A program made the translations under genes and the position numbers. From assembly GCA_963815515.1 (NCBI GenBank), contig CAWFGP010000003.1, positions 1,026,429-1,090,428 of the forward strand: a DNA stretch of 64,000 bases, given 5' to 3'. This document shows, piece after piece, positions 54,160-62,795 of this stretch. The notes under the pieces are model-generated. The model saw only the letters and a program-made list of their open reading frames with translations. It was not told the DNA's origin and ran no database searches. How positions within the stretch are numbered: position 1 is the stretch's first letter; each line of letters starts with the position of its first letter. The DNA comes from an uncultured Gemmatimonadales bacterium. GTDB lineage: Bacteria; Gemmatimonadota; Gemmatimonadetes; Gemmatimonadales; GWC2-71-9.

Positions 54160-55305
54160 ATGCCCACTTCCCGCGCGGCCCCCTGGCGAACGCCTGACAT
54201 GCTGCGGGCCGCGCTGATCGTCGCGGGCGTGTGGCTGACGCTGCAGCTTCTCTGGGTCGCCCGGTCGGTCTTCTTCCTGGCATTCCTCGGGGCGCTGTTC
54301 GGCGTCACGCTCTCGGCCGGCGTCACCTGGCTGCAACGCCGCGGCGTGCCGCGCGGCGTGGGGACGTTGCTGCTCGTGGCTGTGTTCTTCGGCGCCGTCG
54401 CGGGGCTGGGCGCGCTCGCCGCGCCACGGATCTCGGAGCAGTGGGGGGAGCTCCGGCACCAGCTGCCGGACGCGCTCGATAAGGTCGAGCAGTGGATGAG
54501 GCGACGGCAAGGGAGCATGACGGAGCTGCTGAACACACCGGCGGGGACGCCATCCGCCGCTCCCGAGCCGCGCGGCGGCGACCATCGAGACACGGGTGAC
54601 GGCGCACGGGCTCAGCGCGAGCCGTCGACGGACGTGCGGCAGACCATCGCCCAGCAGGTCGGGAATCTCAGTACGCATTTCTTCGCGGTCTTCTCGAGCA
54701 CGCTGGCGGCGCTCGGCAGCCTTCTCGTCGTCACCTTCGTCGCCGTCTACGTCGCGCTGGATCCCCGCACGTACCGGCGTGGGATCCTGCACCTCGTGCC
54801 GCACCGCGGGCGGGCCAAGGCCATCGAGGTGATGGACGCCACGGGCGTGACCCTCCGGCGCTGGCTGGTGGCGCAGCTCATCGGCATGGCGCTGATCGGC
54901 GCGCTGACGACCGCGGCGCTGCTGCTGCTCGACGTCCGCGCTGCGGTGGCGCTCGGGATCATCGCCGGCATCCTCGAGTTCGTGCCGTTCTTCGGGCCCA
55001 TTCTCTCGTCGGTGCCGGCGATCGCCATGGGCTTTCTCGACGGGCCGGAGAAGGCGCTGTGGGTGGCGCTGACGTACCTCGTCATCCAGCAGCTCGAGGG
55101 CAACGTGGTGACGCCGCTGCTCATGAAAGAGGGGCTGGACCTCCCGCCGGCGCTGACGATCATCGGCCAGTCGGTGATGGCACTGGCGTTCGGGTTCGTC
55201 GGCTTGGTGATCGCGATGCCGCTGATCGGCGCAGTGATGGTGCCGATCAAGCTCCTGTACGTGCAGGACATCGTGGGCGACGAGGTGGATATGCCGGGCG
55301 GATAG
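54160..55305 (+). CDS. AI-2E family transporter (second paralogue)
   Basis: 'LRRWLVAQLIGMALIG', 'IIAGILEFVPFFGPILSSVPA', 'QQLEGNVVTPLLMKEGLDLPPALT'. Confidence 0.88.
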   Translation: MPTSRAAPWRTPDMLRAALIVAGVWLTLQLLWVARSVFFLAFLGALFGVTLSAGVTWLQRRGVPRGVGTLLLVAVFFGAVAGLGALAAPRISEQWGELRHQLPDALDKVEQWMRRRQGSMTELLNTPAGTPSAAPEPRGGDHRDTGDGARAQREPSTDVRQTIAQQVGNLSTHFFAVFSSTLAALGSLLVVTFVAVYVALDPRTYRRGILHLVPHRGRAKAIEVMDATGVTLRRWLVAQLIGMALIGALTTAALLLLDVRAAVALGIIAGILEFVPFFGPILSSVPAIAMGFLDGPEKALWVALTYLVIQQLEGNVVTPLLMKEGLDLPPALTIIGQSVMALAFGFVGLVIAMPLIGAVMVPIKLLYVQDIVGDEVDMPGG

Positions 55306-55333
55306 GCCTGGCGGCCGGGATGCGCACCAGACG

Positions 55334-55909
55334 CTATTTCCCGAGCTTCCCGAGCATCGCTCCGATATCGTCCATCACCGACCCGTCGTGATCGCGATCG
55401 AGGAACGAGGCCAGCATCCCCATCACGCCGGGTGCTGCGTTCGCTGCGCGTTGTTGCTCGCTGCCGAGCATGTCGGCCAGGCCGCCGGTGTCGAGGCCGT
55501 TCTCGCGCTGCGCCTTGCCGAGCGCTCCCATGACGAGCGGAGCGAGCATGGCCAGCAGCGTCCCCGCCTTCGTCGGGTCGAATCCAGCCGCCTGTCCGAG
55601 GCCGGTCTGGACGGCCTCCTTCCGGCCGCCGAGCACGTGCCCAAGGATGCCGTTCCCGTCACCGGTGTTACCGCGGCCCAGGTAGCCGGCGACGTCGTCG
55701 AGCACGCTGCCATCGTGGCGGCCGAGCGCGTCGGCGAGCGCGCCGGCCTTGCCGGGATCCTGCGCGTTTCGGGCGAGCGCGCCTACGAGCATGGGAAGTG
55801 CCGCCGCGATCGCCGCCTGGGTGGTGGTGGGGTCGGTGCCGAGCTGCTTGCTGATCTGGTTCACGGCGTCGTCGCCGAGTCGCTGCTGGAGCATATCGAG
55901 CAAGGACAT
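55334..55909 (-). CDS. DUF937 domain protein
   Basis: 'MSLLDMLQQRLGDDAVNQISKQLGTDPTTTQAAIAAALPMLVGALARNA' and the repeated 'DGSVLDD/DGSVMDD' units. Confidence 0.8.
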   Translation of the reverse strand: MSLLDMLQQRLGDDAVNQISKQLGTDPTTTQAAIAAALPMLVGALARNAQDPGKAGALADALGRHDGSVLDDVAGYLGRGNTGDGNGILGHVLGGRKEAVQTGLGQAAGFDPTKAGTLLAMLAPLVMGALGKAQRENGLDTGGLADMLGSEQQRAANAAPGVMGMLASFLDRDHDGSVMDDIGAMLGKLGK

Positions 55910-55973
55910 GGGAGCCTCGTAGTGGGGGAGAACGATGATACCCCCAAGATCGGGGCTCGGTTATCTTCGCGCC

Positions 55974-56888
55974 ATGTCCGCCCGTCCCGCCGCGCGAGTC
56001 CAGCTTGCGGTCGCCGCACTCCTGTTCTCGACCGGGGGCGCCGCGATCAAGGCCGCCGAGTTCGGCGCGTGGCAGGTCGCGAGCTTCCGGAGCGGCGTGG
56101 CGGCCCTCGCCATCCTGGTGATCGCGCCGGCAGCGCGGCGCGGCTGGAGCGTGCGGGCGGTGCTGGTGGGGTTCGCCTACGCGGCGTGCCTCACCCTGTT
56201 CGTGCTGGCCAACCGGCTCACGACCTCGGCCAACACGATCTACCTTCAGAGCACGGCGCCGCTCTACCTGCTGGTGCTCGGGCCCTGGCTGCTGAAGGAG
56301 CGGATCCGGCGACAGGACATCGGGTTCATGCTCGCGGTCGCGCTGGGGCTGGCGCTGTTCTTCGTGAGCGCCGAGGCGCCGCGGGCCACGGCGCCCGATC
56401 CGACGAAGGGGAACCTGCTCGCCCTGGTCAGCGGTTTCTTCTGGGCCCTCACGGTGTGCGGGCTCCGGTGGATGGGCGCCGCCGACGGCGAGCACGGGTC
56501 GCCGGTGGCGGCGGTGGTGAGCGGTAACCTGACGGCGTTCCTGGTCGCGCTTCCGATGGCGCTGCCGCTCGGCCCGCACGCGCCGGTGGATTGGGCCGTG
56601 ATCGCGTACCTCGGCGTCTTCCAGATTGCGGTGGCCTACGTGCTGGTGACGTCGGCGCTCCGGCACATCGCGGCGCTCGAGGCGTCGCTGATCCTGCTGA
56701 TCGAGCCGGTGTTCAATCCGGTGTGGGCCTGGCTGGTCCAGGGCGAGCGGCCGGGGCCCTGGGCGCTGCTCGGCGGCGCGCTCATTCTTGGAGCGACGAC
56801 GATGAAGGGCTGGCTGGACGCCCGGGCGCACCGCGCCGTGGTGCCGCCGGCGGAGCTGGCAGTGAACCCGGAGTCGGCCGCCCGGTGA
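55974..56888 (+). CDS. EamA/DMT-family transporter
   Basis: Track ORF 55935..56888, trimmed to ATG 55974. 10-TM profile, with 'LFSTGGAAIKA' and 'VFQIAVAYVLVTSALRHI'. Confidence 0.85.
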   Translation: MSARPAARVQLAVAALLFSTGGAAIKAAEFGAWQVASFRSGVAALAILVIAPAARRGWSVRAVLVGFAYAACLTLFVLANRLTTSANTIYLQSTAPLYLLVLGPWLLKERIRRQDIGFMLAVALGLALFFVSAEAPRATAPDPTKGNLLALVSGFFWALTVCGLRWMGAADGEHGSPVAAVVSGNLTAFLVALPMALPLGPHAPVDWAVIAYLGVFQIAVAYVLVTSALRHIAALEASLILLIEPVFNPVWAWLVQGERPGPWALLGGALILGATTMKGWLDARAHRAVVPPAELAVNPESAAR

Positions 56889-56925
56889 GGCGGGGCGGCT
56901 GCCCTGGATGGGAGGAAGGCGATCG

Positions 56926-57558
56926 ATGGACACCCTGATCGAGACCGTGCGCCTCCGGAACGGCGCGGCGCCACTCTGGTACCTGCACGTACGCCGGCTG
57001 GCGACGAGCTGCCGTGCGCTCGGCGTGCCGATTCCGGTCGAATTGCCCACGCCTGAGGGCGGGGCCGACCGGGTCCACCGGCTGCTGGTCAGCCGGCGCG
57101 GCGTCGTGGCGGGCGAGCGACCGGTGGGGAGCACGGCCCCGGTGCGGCTGATCACCTCGAAGGTGGTCCACCGGCCCTATCCGCATAAGCTGGTGGACCG
57201 CGAGCGATTCGACCGGGCGCTGGCCGACGCCAAGGCGATGGGGGCGGACGACGGGCTCCTGCTCACGGTGGGCGGACAGGTGGCGGAGACCGCGATCTGG
57301 GGCGTGTTCTGGTGGGAAGACGGCCGGGTGGCGGCGCCGGCGCTCGATATCGGAATCCTGCCCGGGGTGGCGCGGGCCCGGATCGGGGAGATCGTGGGGG
57401 CGATCGACGAGCGCAAGGTCACGCTGGACGAGATCCGGGGCCGATCGCTGTTCGTCGCGAACTCGGTGCGCGGCATCGTGCCGGTGGCCGCCCTCGACGG
57501 CACGGTGGTGCCGGATACGCCGGACACCGAGGCGCTCGCGAGTCGCTTCTGGCCTTGA
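56926..57558 (+). CDS. Aminotransferase class IV family protein (aminodeoxychorismate lyase-like)
   Basis: Track ORF 56908..57558, with ATG 56926. Shows 'HKLVDRERFDRALADAKAMGADDGLLL', 'ILPGVARARI' and 'LFVANSVRGIVPV'. Confidence 0.7.
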   Translation: MDTLIETVRLRNGAAPLWYLHVRRLATSCRALGVPIPVELPTPEGGADRVHRLLVSRRGVVAGERPVGSTAPVRLITSKVVHRPYPHKLVDRERFDRALADAKAMGADDGLLLTVGGQVAETAIWGVFWWEDGRVAAPALDIGILPGVARARIGEIVGAIDERKVTLDEIRGRSLFVANSVRGIVPVAALDGTVVPDTPDTEALASRFWP

Positions 57559-57618
57559 CCCAAGCCCATCGGACGCGGTAGTTTATGCGGCTCTGGATCG
57601 GGGCTCAGGCTCCCCGCG

Positions 57619-57693
57619 GTGGTTGTAGCTCAATCGGTTAGAGCGCCGGACTGTGGCTCCGGAGGTTGCGGGTTCAAGTCCCGTCAGCCACCC
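57619..57693 (+). tRNA. tRNA-His (anticodon GUG)
   Basis: G(-1)GTGGTTGTAGCTCAATCGGTTAGAGCGCCGGACTGTGGCTCCGGAGGTTGCGGGTTCAAGTCCCGTCAGCCACCC. The extra 5' G pairs with C73, and the anticodon loop is CTGTGGC. Confidence 0.88.
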
Positions 57694-57707
57694 TGGTGAA
57701 GGTGCAG

Positions 57708-57780
57708 AGGTCCGTAGCTCAATTGGTAGAGCACCGGTCTCCAAAACCGGGGGTTGCAGGTTCGATTCCTGCCGGGCCTG
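57708..57780 (+). tRNA. tRNA-Trp (anticodon CCA)
   Basis: AGGTCCGTAGCTCAATTGGTAGAGCACCGGTCTCCAAAACCGGGGGTTGCAGGTTCGATTCCTGCCGGGCCTG, anticodon loop CTCCAAA. Confidence 0.88.
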
Positions 57781-57842
57781 CTGATTCCGCATGCTGATGA
57801 CCGCATGCTGATGCATGTTGGTTGGGTGCTGATCGGACGCTT

Positions 57843-57915
57843 GGCGCTATCGTCTAGGGGACTAGGACGGGGCCCTCTCAAGGCCCAAACACGGGTTCGA
57901 ATCCCGTTAGCGCTA
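57843..57915 (+). tRNA. tRNA-Glu (anticodon CUC)
   Basis: GGCGCTATCGTCTAGGGGACTAGGACGGGGCCCTCTCAAGGCCCAAACACGGGTTCGAATCCCGTTAGCGCTA, anticodon loop CTCTCAA. Has a G1-U72 wobble. Confidence 0.8.
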
Positions 57916-57934
57916 CTCGGTTGAAGGGGAGCAG

Positions 57935-58006
57935 GGCCCCATCGTCTATCGGTTAGGACGGGACCCTTTCAAGGTCCAGAGAGGGGTTCGACTCCCCTTG
58001 GGGCTA
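57935..58006 (+). tRNA. tRNA-Glu (anticodon UUC)
   Basis: GGCCCCATCGTCTATCGGTTAGGACGGGACCCTTTCAAGGTCCAGAGAGGGGTTCGACTCCCCTTGGGGCTA, anticodon loop CTTTCAA. Has a G1-U72 wobble. Confidence 0.8.
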
Positions 58007-58033
58007 TGGTGGGGAGGGGTGGAAGCCGGGCGC

Positions 58034-58106
58034 GCGCCGCTAGCTCAATTGGCAGAGCAAGTGACTCTTAATCACTAGGTTGTAGGTTCGATTCCTACGC
58101 GGCGCA
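58034..58106 (+). tRNA. tRNA-Lys (anticodon CUU)
   Basis: GCGCCGCTAGCTCAATTGGCAGAGCAAGTGACTCTTAATCACTAGGTTGTAGGTTCGATTCCTACGCGGCGCA, anticodon loop CTCTTAA. Confidence 0.9.
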
Positions 58107-58108
58107 CT
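58065..58108 (+). repeat. 44-bp direct repeat, copy 1 (3' half of tRNA-Lys; attL-like)
   Basis: CTCTTAATCACTAGGTTGTAGGTTCGATTCCTACGCGGCGCACT is identical to 59683..59726. Confidence 0.9.
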
Positions 58109-58145
58109 CATCACAAGTCATTACAGCACAACAGAGTAAAAAAGA

Positions 58146-58180
58146 ATGGCCACCGCCGCTCGCCGGTCGGTGGCCATTTT
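58146..58180. terminator. Bidirectional rho-independent terminator
   Basis: AAAAAAGA-ATGGCCACCG-ccgctcgccgg-CGGTGGCCAT-TTTT. An A-run and a T-run flank a 10-bp stem. It lies between the tRNA cluster (+) and the HAF-repeat gene (-). Confidence 0.7.
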
Positions 58181-58254
58181 AGTGCCCATTTAGTTCCCGT
58201 TTCAGTACCCAATCCGAGACGATACCAATCCCGCGCCGCCGGTGCTCCGAGGGC

Positions 58255-59304
58255 CTATTTGCGCGTCCAGAGCGTAGCCCGGCCCCCCCGCTCCGTAGTG
58301 CTAACGCCGACCATCTGGCCCGCATCGTTGATTGCGGTAGCCGAACTGGGGAATCTTCTATCGAGGGAGACCAATGCCGTCATGACCCCCTTCTCCCAGA
58401 CAAACGCGCGATCCGCACTCTGGCCGACTATCTGTCCCCTCGAGTTGATGTCGAAGGCCGAGCTGTTCCCGCCTAGGGTGCCCAGATCGGTCATGACACC
58501 CCTCTCCCACACAAAGGCGTGGTAAACTTCGTTTCCCGGTAAGTAGCTGTAGCCCACCACTTGTCCGGCCGGGTTGATGGCATTGGCAGCGGTGCAACAG
58601 CCGCCCAATGTGCCCAGATCCGTCACGACACCGTTGTCCCAGAGAACTCCACCCGCCACCACGCGCCCAGCGGGGTTGATGCCCGCGCCTGACTCGAGGA
58701 AGAGCACGCCGATTCCGAGATCGGTCATCACACCCTTGTCCCATAGAAAGACGTCGGGAGCACTTATCCCTCCCCCGATCTGGCTGAGCCCCAACACTTG
58801 GCCCGCAGGGGTGATGTCCGCCGCCACACTCTCAGGACCGCCCAGGGTGCCCAGATCGGTCATGAGGCCGTTCGTCCAGAGAAAGGAGTGCCTCCCATAT
58901 GGCAGGATGAAGCTCCAGCCCACCACCTTGCCCGCAGGGTTGATTCCGGTGGCGATGCTGAAGTTCCCCCCCAGCGTGCCGAGATCAGTCATGACGCCTT
59001 TCTCCCAGAGGAAGGCGTGGTAGAACAATGGGTCCCCGCGCCTTCCCCCACAGCACCCGACCGGGGTGGACAGTCCCACGACTTGGCCTGCGTCGTTGAT
59101 GTCGGAGGCCGAACTGAAGGAGAGGAGCCCGGACTGCCCAGTGGACGCGCCTGCGACGCCCAGATCGACCGCAGTGTACGTCTTGGCGACGGCCATCTCC
59201 GGCTTCGCGCCAGCGGTCGGGTCGGTCGGGGTCTCCTCCGAGGTGCACGCCAGCAGGCCCAGAGCGGCAACCGAGAACACAATGAGTGATCGCATGGGAA
59301 TCAT
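58255..59304 (-). CDS. HAF-family extracellular repeat lipoprotein
   Basis: Signal plus lipobox 'LIVFSVAALGLLAC'. About eight repeats of the type 'HAFLWEKGVMTDLGTLGGNFSIATGINPAGKVVG'. Confidence 0.8.
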   Translation of the reverse strand: MIPMRSLIVFSVAALGLLACTSEETPTDPTAGAKPEMAVAKTYTAVDLGVAGASTGQSGLLSFSSASDINDAGQVVGLSTPVGCCGGRRGDPLFYHAFLWEKGVMTDLGTLGGNFSIATGINPAGKVVGWSFILPYGRHSFLWTNGLMTDLGTLGGPESVAADITPAGQVLGLSQIGGGISAPDVFLWDKGVMTDLGIGVLFLESGAGINPAGRVVAGGVLWDNGVVTDLGTLGGCCTAANAINPAGQVVGYSYLPGNEVYHAFVWERGVMTDLGTLGGNSSAFDINSRGQIVGQSADRAFVWEKGVMTALVSLDRRFPSSATAINDAGQMVGVSTTERGGRATLWTRK

Positions 59305-59682
59305 CCTAGCTTCGAAAAGGAGCGTTGCTCACCGGTTGTGGCGTGAGCAGCGCCGATATCCTATACGACCCCCATCAAGCGGGTCTCAAGTGAGATGAGT
59401 CGGAGAGCCCCCGGAAGCTCGCATCCCTCGACGCCGGGGCAGGATCGTAGCGGTGCCGTGAGCGAGGCCGCCCAAAGTCACAGGCTCCGGGTGACAACGA
59501 TAGGGGAGAGGTGCGCGGAGTCAGGTGCCCATTCAGTGGCCAATTTCCGAGAAATGGCTGGGAACAGGCCCGGATGACACTAGGGCCTTGGGTGTCGTGC
59601 CGCGACGCAAAGGCTGTCCCGCGAAGCAGTTGCCGTGTCGCGGACCGACGCCGTTTTCGCGGTGCGACCGCCCAGCAAGAGC

Positions 59683-59726
59683 CTCTTAATCACTAGGTTG
59701 TAGGTTCGATTCCTACGCGGCGCACT
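59683..59726 (+). repeat. 44-bp direct repeat, copy 2 (partial tRNA-Lys 3' half; attR-like)
   Basis: Identical to 58065..58108. The upstream 'GCAAG' is also shared, but the 3 nt between it and the repeat differ (AGC versus TGA), so no anticodon stem or 5' half is present. Confidence 0.9.
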
Positions 59727-60188
59727 AGAGTATCAACAACTTAGGGTCTTCGGGCGCCCGCTGCGTGGCAGTGGCCTGGCGCCGAATGCGAACGCGGCCT
59801 CGGGATCTCCCGGGGCCGCTTGTCGTAGTACACCCGCCATGGACGGTAGTCAGGAGCTGCGCATTCCCTCGGGATCTGGTCTCCGGGGCCGAAGCGATGC
59901 GCAGCGATGAGCGAGGTGCCGAGCGCGAGGGGAGCGCTGCGCGATAGGAGCGCTGAAGGATGCGGGGTAGTCGACCGCGCCTCGATCCGGGCGACCCTCG
60001 CGGTGGCGATGCCGGGATCGAGACGCTATCTCGTGGACGTGAGCGTCGTTCATCCGGCTCCCGTGATGCGGGCCTACATTACCATTACCATTCGGCAGGA
60101 GGGCGAGGCGCTTATCCGCGCGCGCCGTCATTCGTTTCTGGGAGGTTCCGAGCCTGCGACGTCAGGCCGGACTGTAAACGGAGGATCG

Positions 60189-60845
60189 ATGTCGACTTTC
60201 TATACTGATGGGCAACGCGCGGTGCAGGACCAGTTCCAGACAACCAGGATGGCCGACCTCCTGCACCAGGTGATCGTCCATGCCGACGTGCAGGATGCCG
60301 AGCGGGCATTCATCGAGAGTCGCGACATGTTCTTTCTCGCGACGGTCGATGGCAGGGGCCAACCGACCTGCTCCTACAAGGGCGGCGATCCCGGCTTCGT
60401 GAAGGTCGTCGATGCCGGGACGATCGCGTTCCCCATTTACGACGGCAATGGGATGTTCCTCTCGCTCGGTAACATCCGGACCACTGCCCAGGTCGGAATG
60501 CTGTTCATTGACTTCGAGACCCCGCATCGGCTTCGGGTCCAGGGCACCGCGTCCGTGGATCCCGCGGACCCGCTGCTGAGCCACTTCCCGAGCGCCGATG
60601 TCGTCGTCCGCGTGGCCGTCTCCGAGATCTTCGTCAACTGCTCGCGGTACGTCCACAAGTACCAGCGCGTGGCCGCCTCGCGGTACGTCCCGCGTCCGGA
60701 TTGTGCGGCCCCGTTCGCCGAATGGAAACGTATCGATCTGGTGCAGGAGGCTCTCCCGCCGCGGGACGCGGGGAAGACCGAGCAAGCTGGCGGGACGATC
60801 ACGGTCGACGAGTACGAGGCGAAGCGCGCGGCCGGGCGGGCCTGA
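60189..60845 (+). CDS. Pyridoxamine 5'-phosphate oxidase-family FMN-binding protein
   Basis: Track ORF 59907..60845, trimmed to ATG 60189 (SD GGAGGA). Shows 'FIESRDMFFLATVDGRGQPTCSYKGGDPGFVKV' and 'FPIYDGNGMFLSLGNI'. Confidence 0.75.
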   Translation: MSTFYTDGQRAVQDQFQTTRMADLLHQVIVHADVQDAERAFIESRDMFFLATVDGRGQPTCSYKGGDPGFVKVVDAGTIAFPIYDGNGMFLSLGNIRTTAQVGMLFIDFETPHRLRVQGTASVDPADPLLSHFPSADVVVRVAVSEIFVNCSRYVHKYQRVAASRYVPRPDCAAPFAEWKRIDLVQEALPPRDAGKTEQAGGTITVDEYEAKRAAGRA

Positions 60846-60909
60846 GGTTGCACAGGTGACAGCAAGAGTTGGACAGTCCTCGAGCGACGGCGCGTCCATC
60901 GGCGCTGGC

Positions 60910-62655
60910 ATGGTGCTCGGCCGGTACCGGCTGGTCGAGCATATCGGTCAGGGCGGGATGGGCGAGGTGTGGAAGGCGCACGACGCCAACCTGGACCGGG
61001 TCGTCGCCATCAAGATGCTCCTGCGCGGAGCGCTGAACGACGCGCTGGCCCGCGAACGGTTCCGCCGTGAGGCGCTGGCCCTGTCCCGCCTCTCCCACCC
61101 TGGTGTGGCGACCGTCTTCGACTTCGATACCCAGAACGGTTACGACTTCCTGGTCATGGAGTACGTGCCCGGCGGCACGCTCGAGTCGCGACTCGCGGCG
61201 GGCCTCCTCCCGATCGAGAGCGTGCTCCACCTCGGCGCGGCCATCGCCGACGCGCTCGAGAATGCTCACCGGCACGGCATTCTCCATCGCGACCTGAAAC
61301 CGGGAAACGTGCTGCTCACCGCCGATGGCCATCCGAAGATCCTCGACTTCGGATTGGCGCTGCTCCTGTCCGGCGGCAAGACGACCGGCCGAATGACCCA
61401 GATGGGCATGATCGTCGGGACGCTGCCCTACATGGCGCCGGAGCAGCTGTTGGGCGACGCCGATGATGCCCGCACCGACGTCTACGCCCTCGGCACCATG
61501 CTGTTCGAGATGGCCACCGGACGGCTGCCGTTCGTCAAGGACCGCCCGGAGGCGCTGATGTTCGCCATCATCAACACGGCGGCGCCGAGCGTGACCTCCA
61601 GCCGGCCGGACGCCCCTGCCGCCCTCGACCGCCTGCTCAGCGAGTGCCTGCACAAGGATCCGGCGCAGCGTCCCGCCTCGGCCGCACAGGTCGGCGAGGC
61701 CTTGCGTCGGATCCGGGACGGGGTGCCCGTGGTCTCCTCCCCCGTCCCCGCGAGTCCAGCCATCCGGGCGATCGCGGTGCTCCCGTTTCGCAACATTTCC
61801 CGGGACCCCGCCCAGGAGTACTTCGCGGACGGAATGACCGAGGCGATCATCTCCGACCTGGCGCGCATCCGGGCGCTCCGGGTCATCTCGCGGACTTCCG
61901 CCATGCGCTACAAGGGCACGACGCTCTCGCTGCCCGAGATCGCGCGGGAGCTGAATGTCGACGCGGTGCTCGAAGGCTCGGCGCTGCTGCTCGGCAACCG
62001 CGTGCGTCTGAGCGTGCAGTTGATCTCCGCCCGGACGGACGAGACGCTCTGGGCCGACCGCTACGATCGCGAGCTCGAGGACGTTCTCGGCCTGCAGAGC
62101 GAGCTCGCCGAGACCGTGGCGCACGAGATCGCGATCAAGCTGACCCCCATGGAAGCAACGCAGCTGGCGCAACGGCCCGCGGTCAATCCCGAGGCGCACC
62201 TCGAGTTCCTCAAGAGCCGGCACTCCTACTTCGCGGCCTCACCGCAGGCGGTCGAGGTCGGCCTCCGTCACGCCCGGCGCGCGCTGGAGCTCGACCCGAC
62301 GCTCGCGCCGGCCTGGTCCGCGCTGGCCGACTGCCATTCCTTTCGCGCGCTACGCGGGATGGCACCACCGGCCGAGGCCTTCGCCGAAGGGACCGCGGCG
62401 GCGGAGAAGGCGCTCGAGCTCGATCCGTCGCTCGCCGACGCGCACGCGGCGCTGGGCGTGATCCGCTCGCACTCGGGCGACCTCGCCGGGGGCCTGCGTG
62501 CCCTGCAGAAGGCGATCGAGCTCAACCCCGGCCTGGCCACGGCGCATGACCGGCTCGGGCGCGTGCTCTACGCCTACGGGCGGCACCCGGAAGCAATCGC
62601 CGCGATGCACAAGGCGGTGAACCTCGATCCGCTCTCGACGTCAGCTGCACTCTGA
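60910..62655 (+). CDS. Ser/Thr protein kinase with C-terminal TolB-N-like and TPR domains
   Basis: Track ORF 60598..62655; start at ATG 60910 (or GTG 60856). Shows 'YRLVEHIGQGGMGEVWKAHD', 'VAIKML', 'HRDLKPGNVLL', 'DFGLA', 'GTLPYMAPEQ', then 'IAVLPFRNISRDPAQEYFADGMTEAIISDLAR' and TPR-like repeats. Confidence 0.88.
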   Translation: MVLGRYRLVEHIGQGGMGEVWKAHDANLDRVVAIKMLLRGALNDALARERFRREALALSRLSHPGVATVFDFDTQNGYDFLVMEYVPGGTLESRLAAGLLPIESVLHLGAAIADALENAHRHGILHRDLKPGNVLLTADGHPKILDFGLALLLSGGKTTGRMTQMGMIVGTLPYMAPEQLLGDADDARTDVYALGTMLFEMATGRLPFVKDRPEALMFAIINTAAPSVTSSRPDAPAALDRLLSECLHKDPAQRPASAAQVGEALRRIRDGVPVVSSPVPASPAIRAIAVLPFRNISRDPAQEYFADGMTEAIISDLARIRALRVISRTSAMRYKGTTLSLPEIARELNVDAVLEGSALLLGNRVRLSVQLISARTDETLWADRYDRELEDVLGLQSELAETVAHEIAIKLTPMEATQLAQRPAVNPEAHLEFLKSRHSYFAASPQAVEVGLRHARRALELDPTLAPAWSALADCHSFRALRGMAPPAEAFAEGTAAAEKALELDPSLADAHAALGVIRSHSGDLAGGLRALQKAIELNPGLATAHDRLGRVLYAYGRHPEAIAAMHKAVNLDPLSTSAAL

Positions 62656-62795
62656 GCCTCGTCGCGCCAGGGCCATGCCCTGACGCCTCGTCAGACGTGC
62701 TGGAGCGGGCACGCTGTCAGGTGGAGCTGTCGCATTCGGGCCGGTTTCCGGGCATATGAACCGCAGCCTTGGCGCTCGTTCCGGAGCGCATCCAT

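Larger units (their letters stand above)
58109..59682. mobile_element. Relic integrated islet at tRNA-Lys (about 1.6 kb, no integrase left)
   Basis: Bounded by the 44-bp tRNA-derived direct repeats. It is visibly lower in GC than its surroundings (for example TCATCACAAGTCATTACAGCACAACAGAGTAAAAAAGAATGG). It carries a single gene. Confidence 0.5.

Noticed and set aside
57781-57842. Tandem CCGCATGCTGATG(A) duplication between tRNA-Trp and tRNA-Glu as a regulatory element
   Set aside because: There are only two short copies in a tRNA spacer. They have no inverted symmetry or promoter-like hexamers, so the duplication is probably a slippage event with no inferable function.
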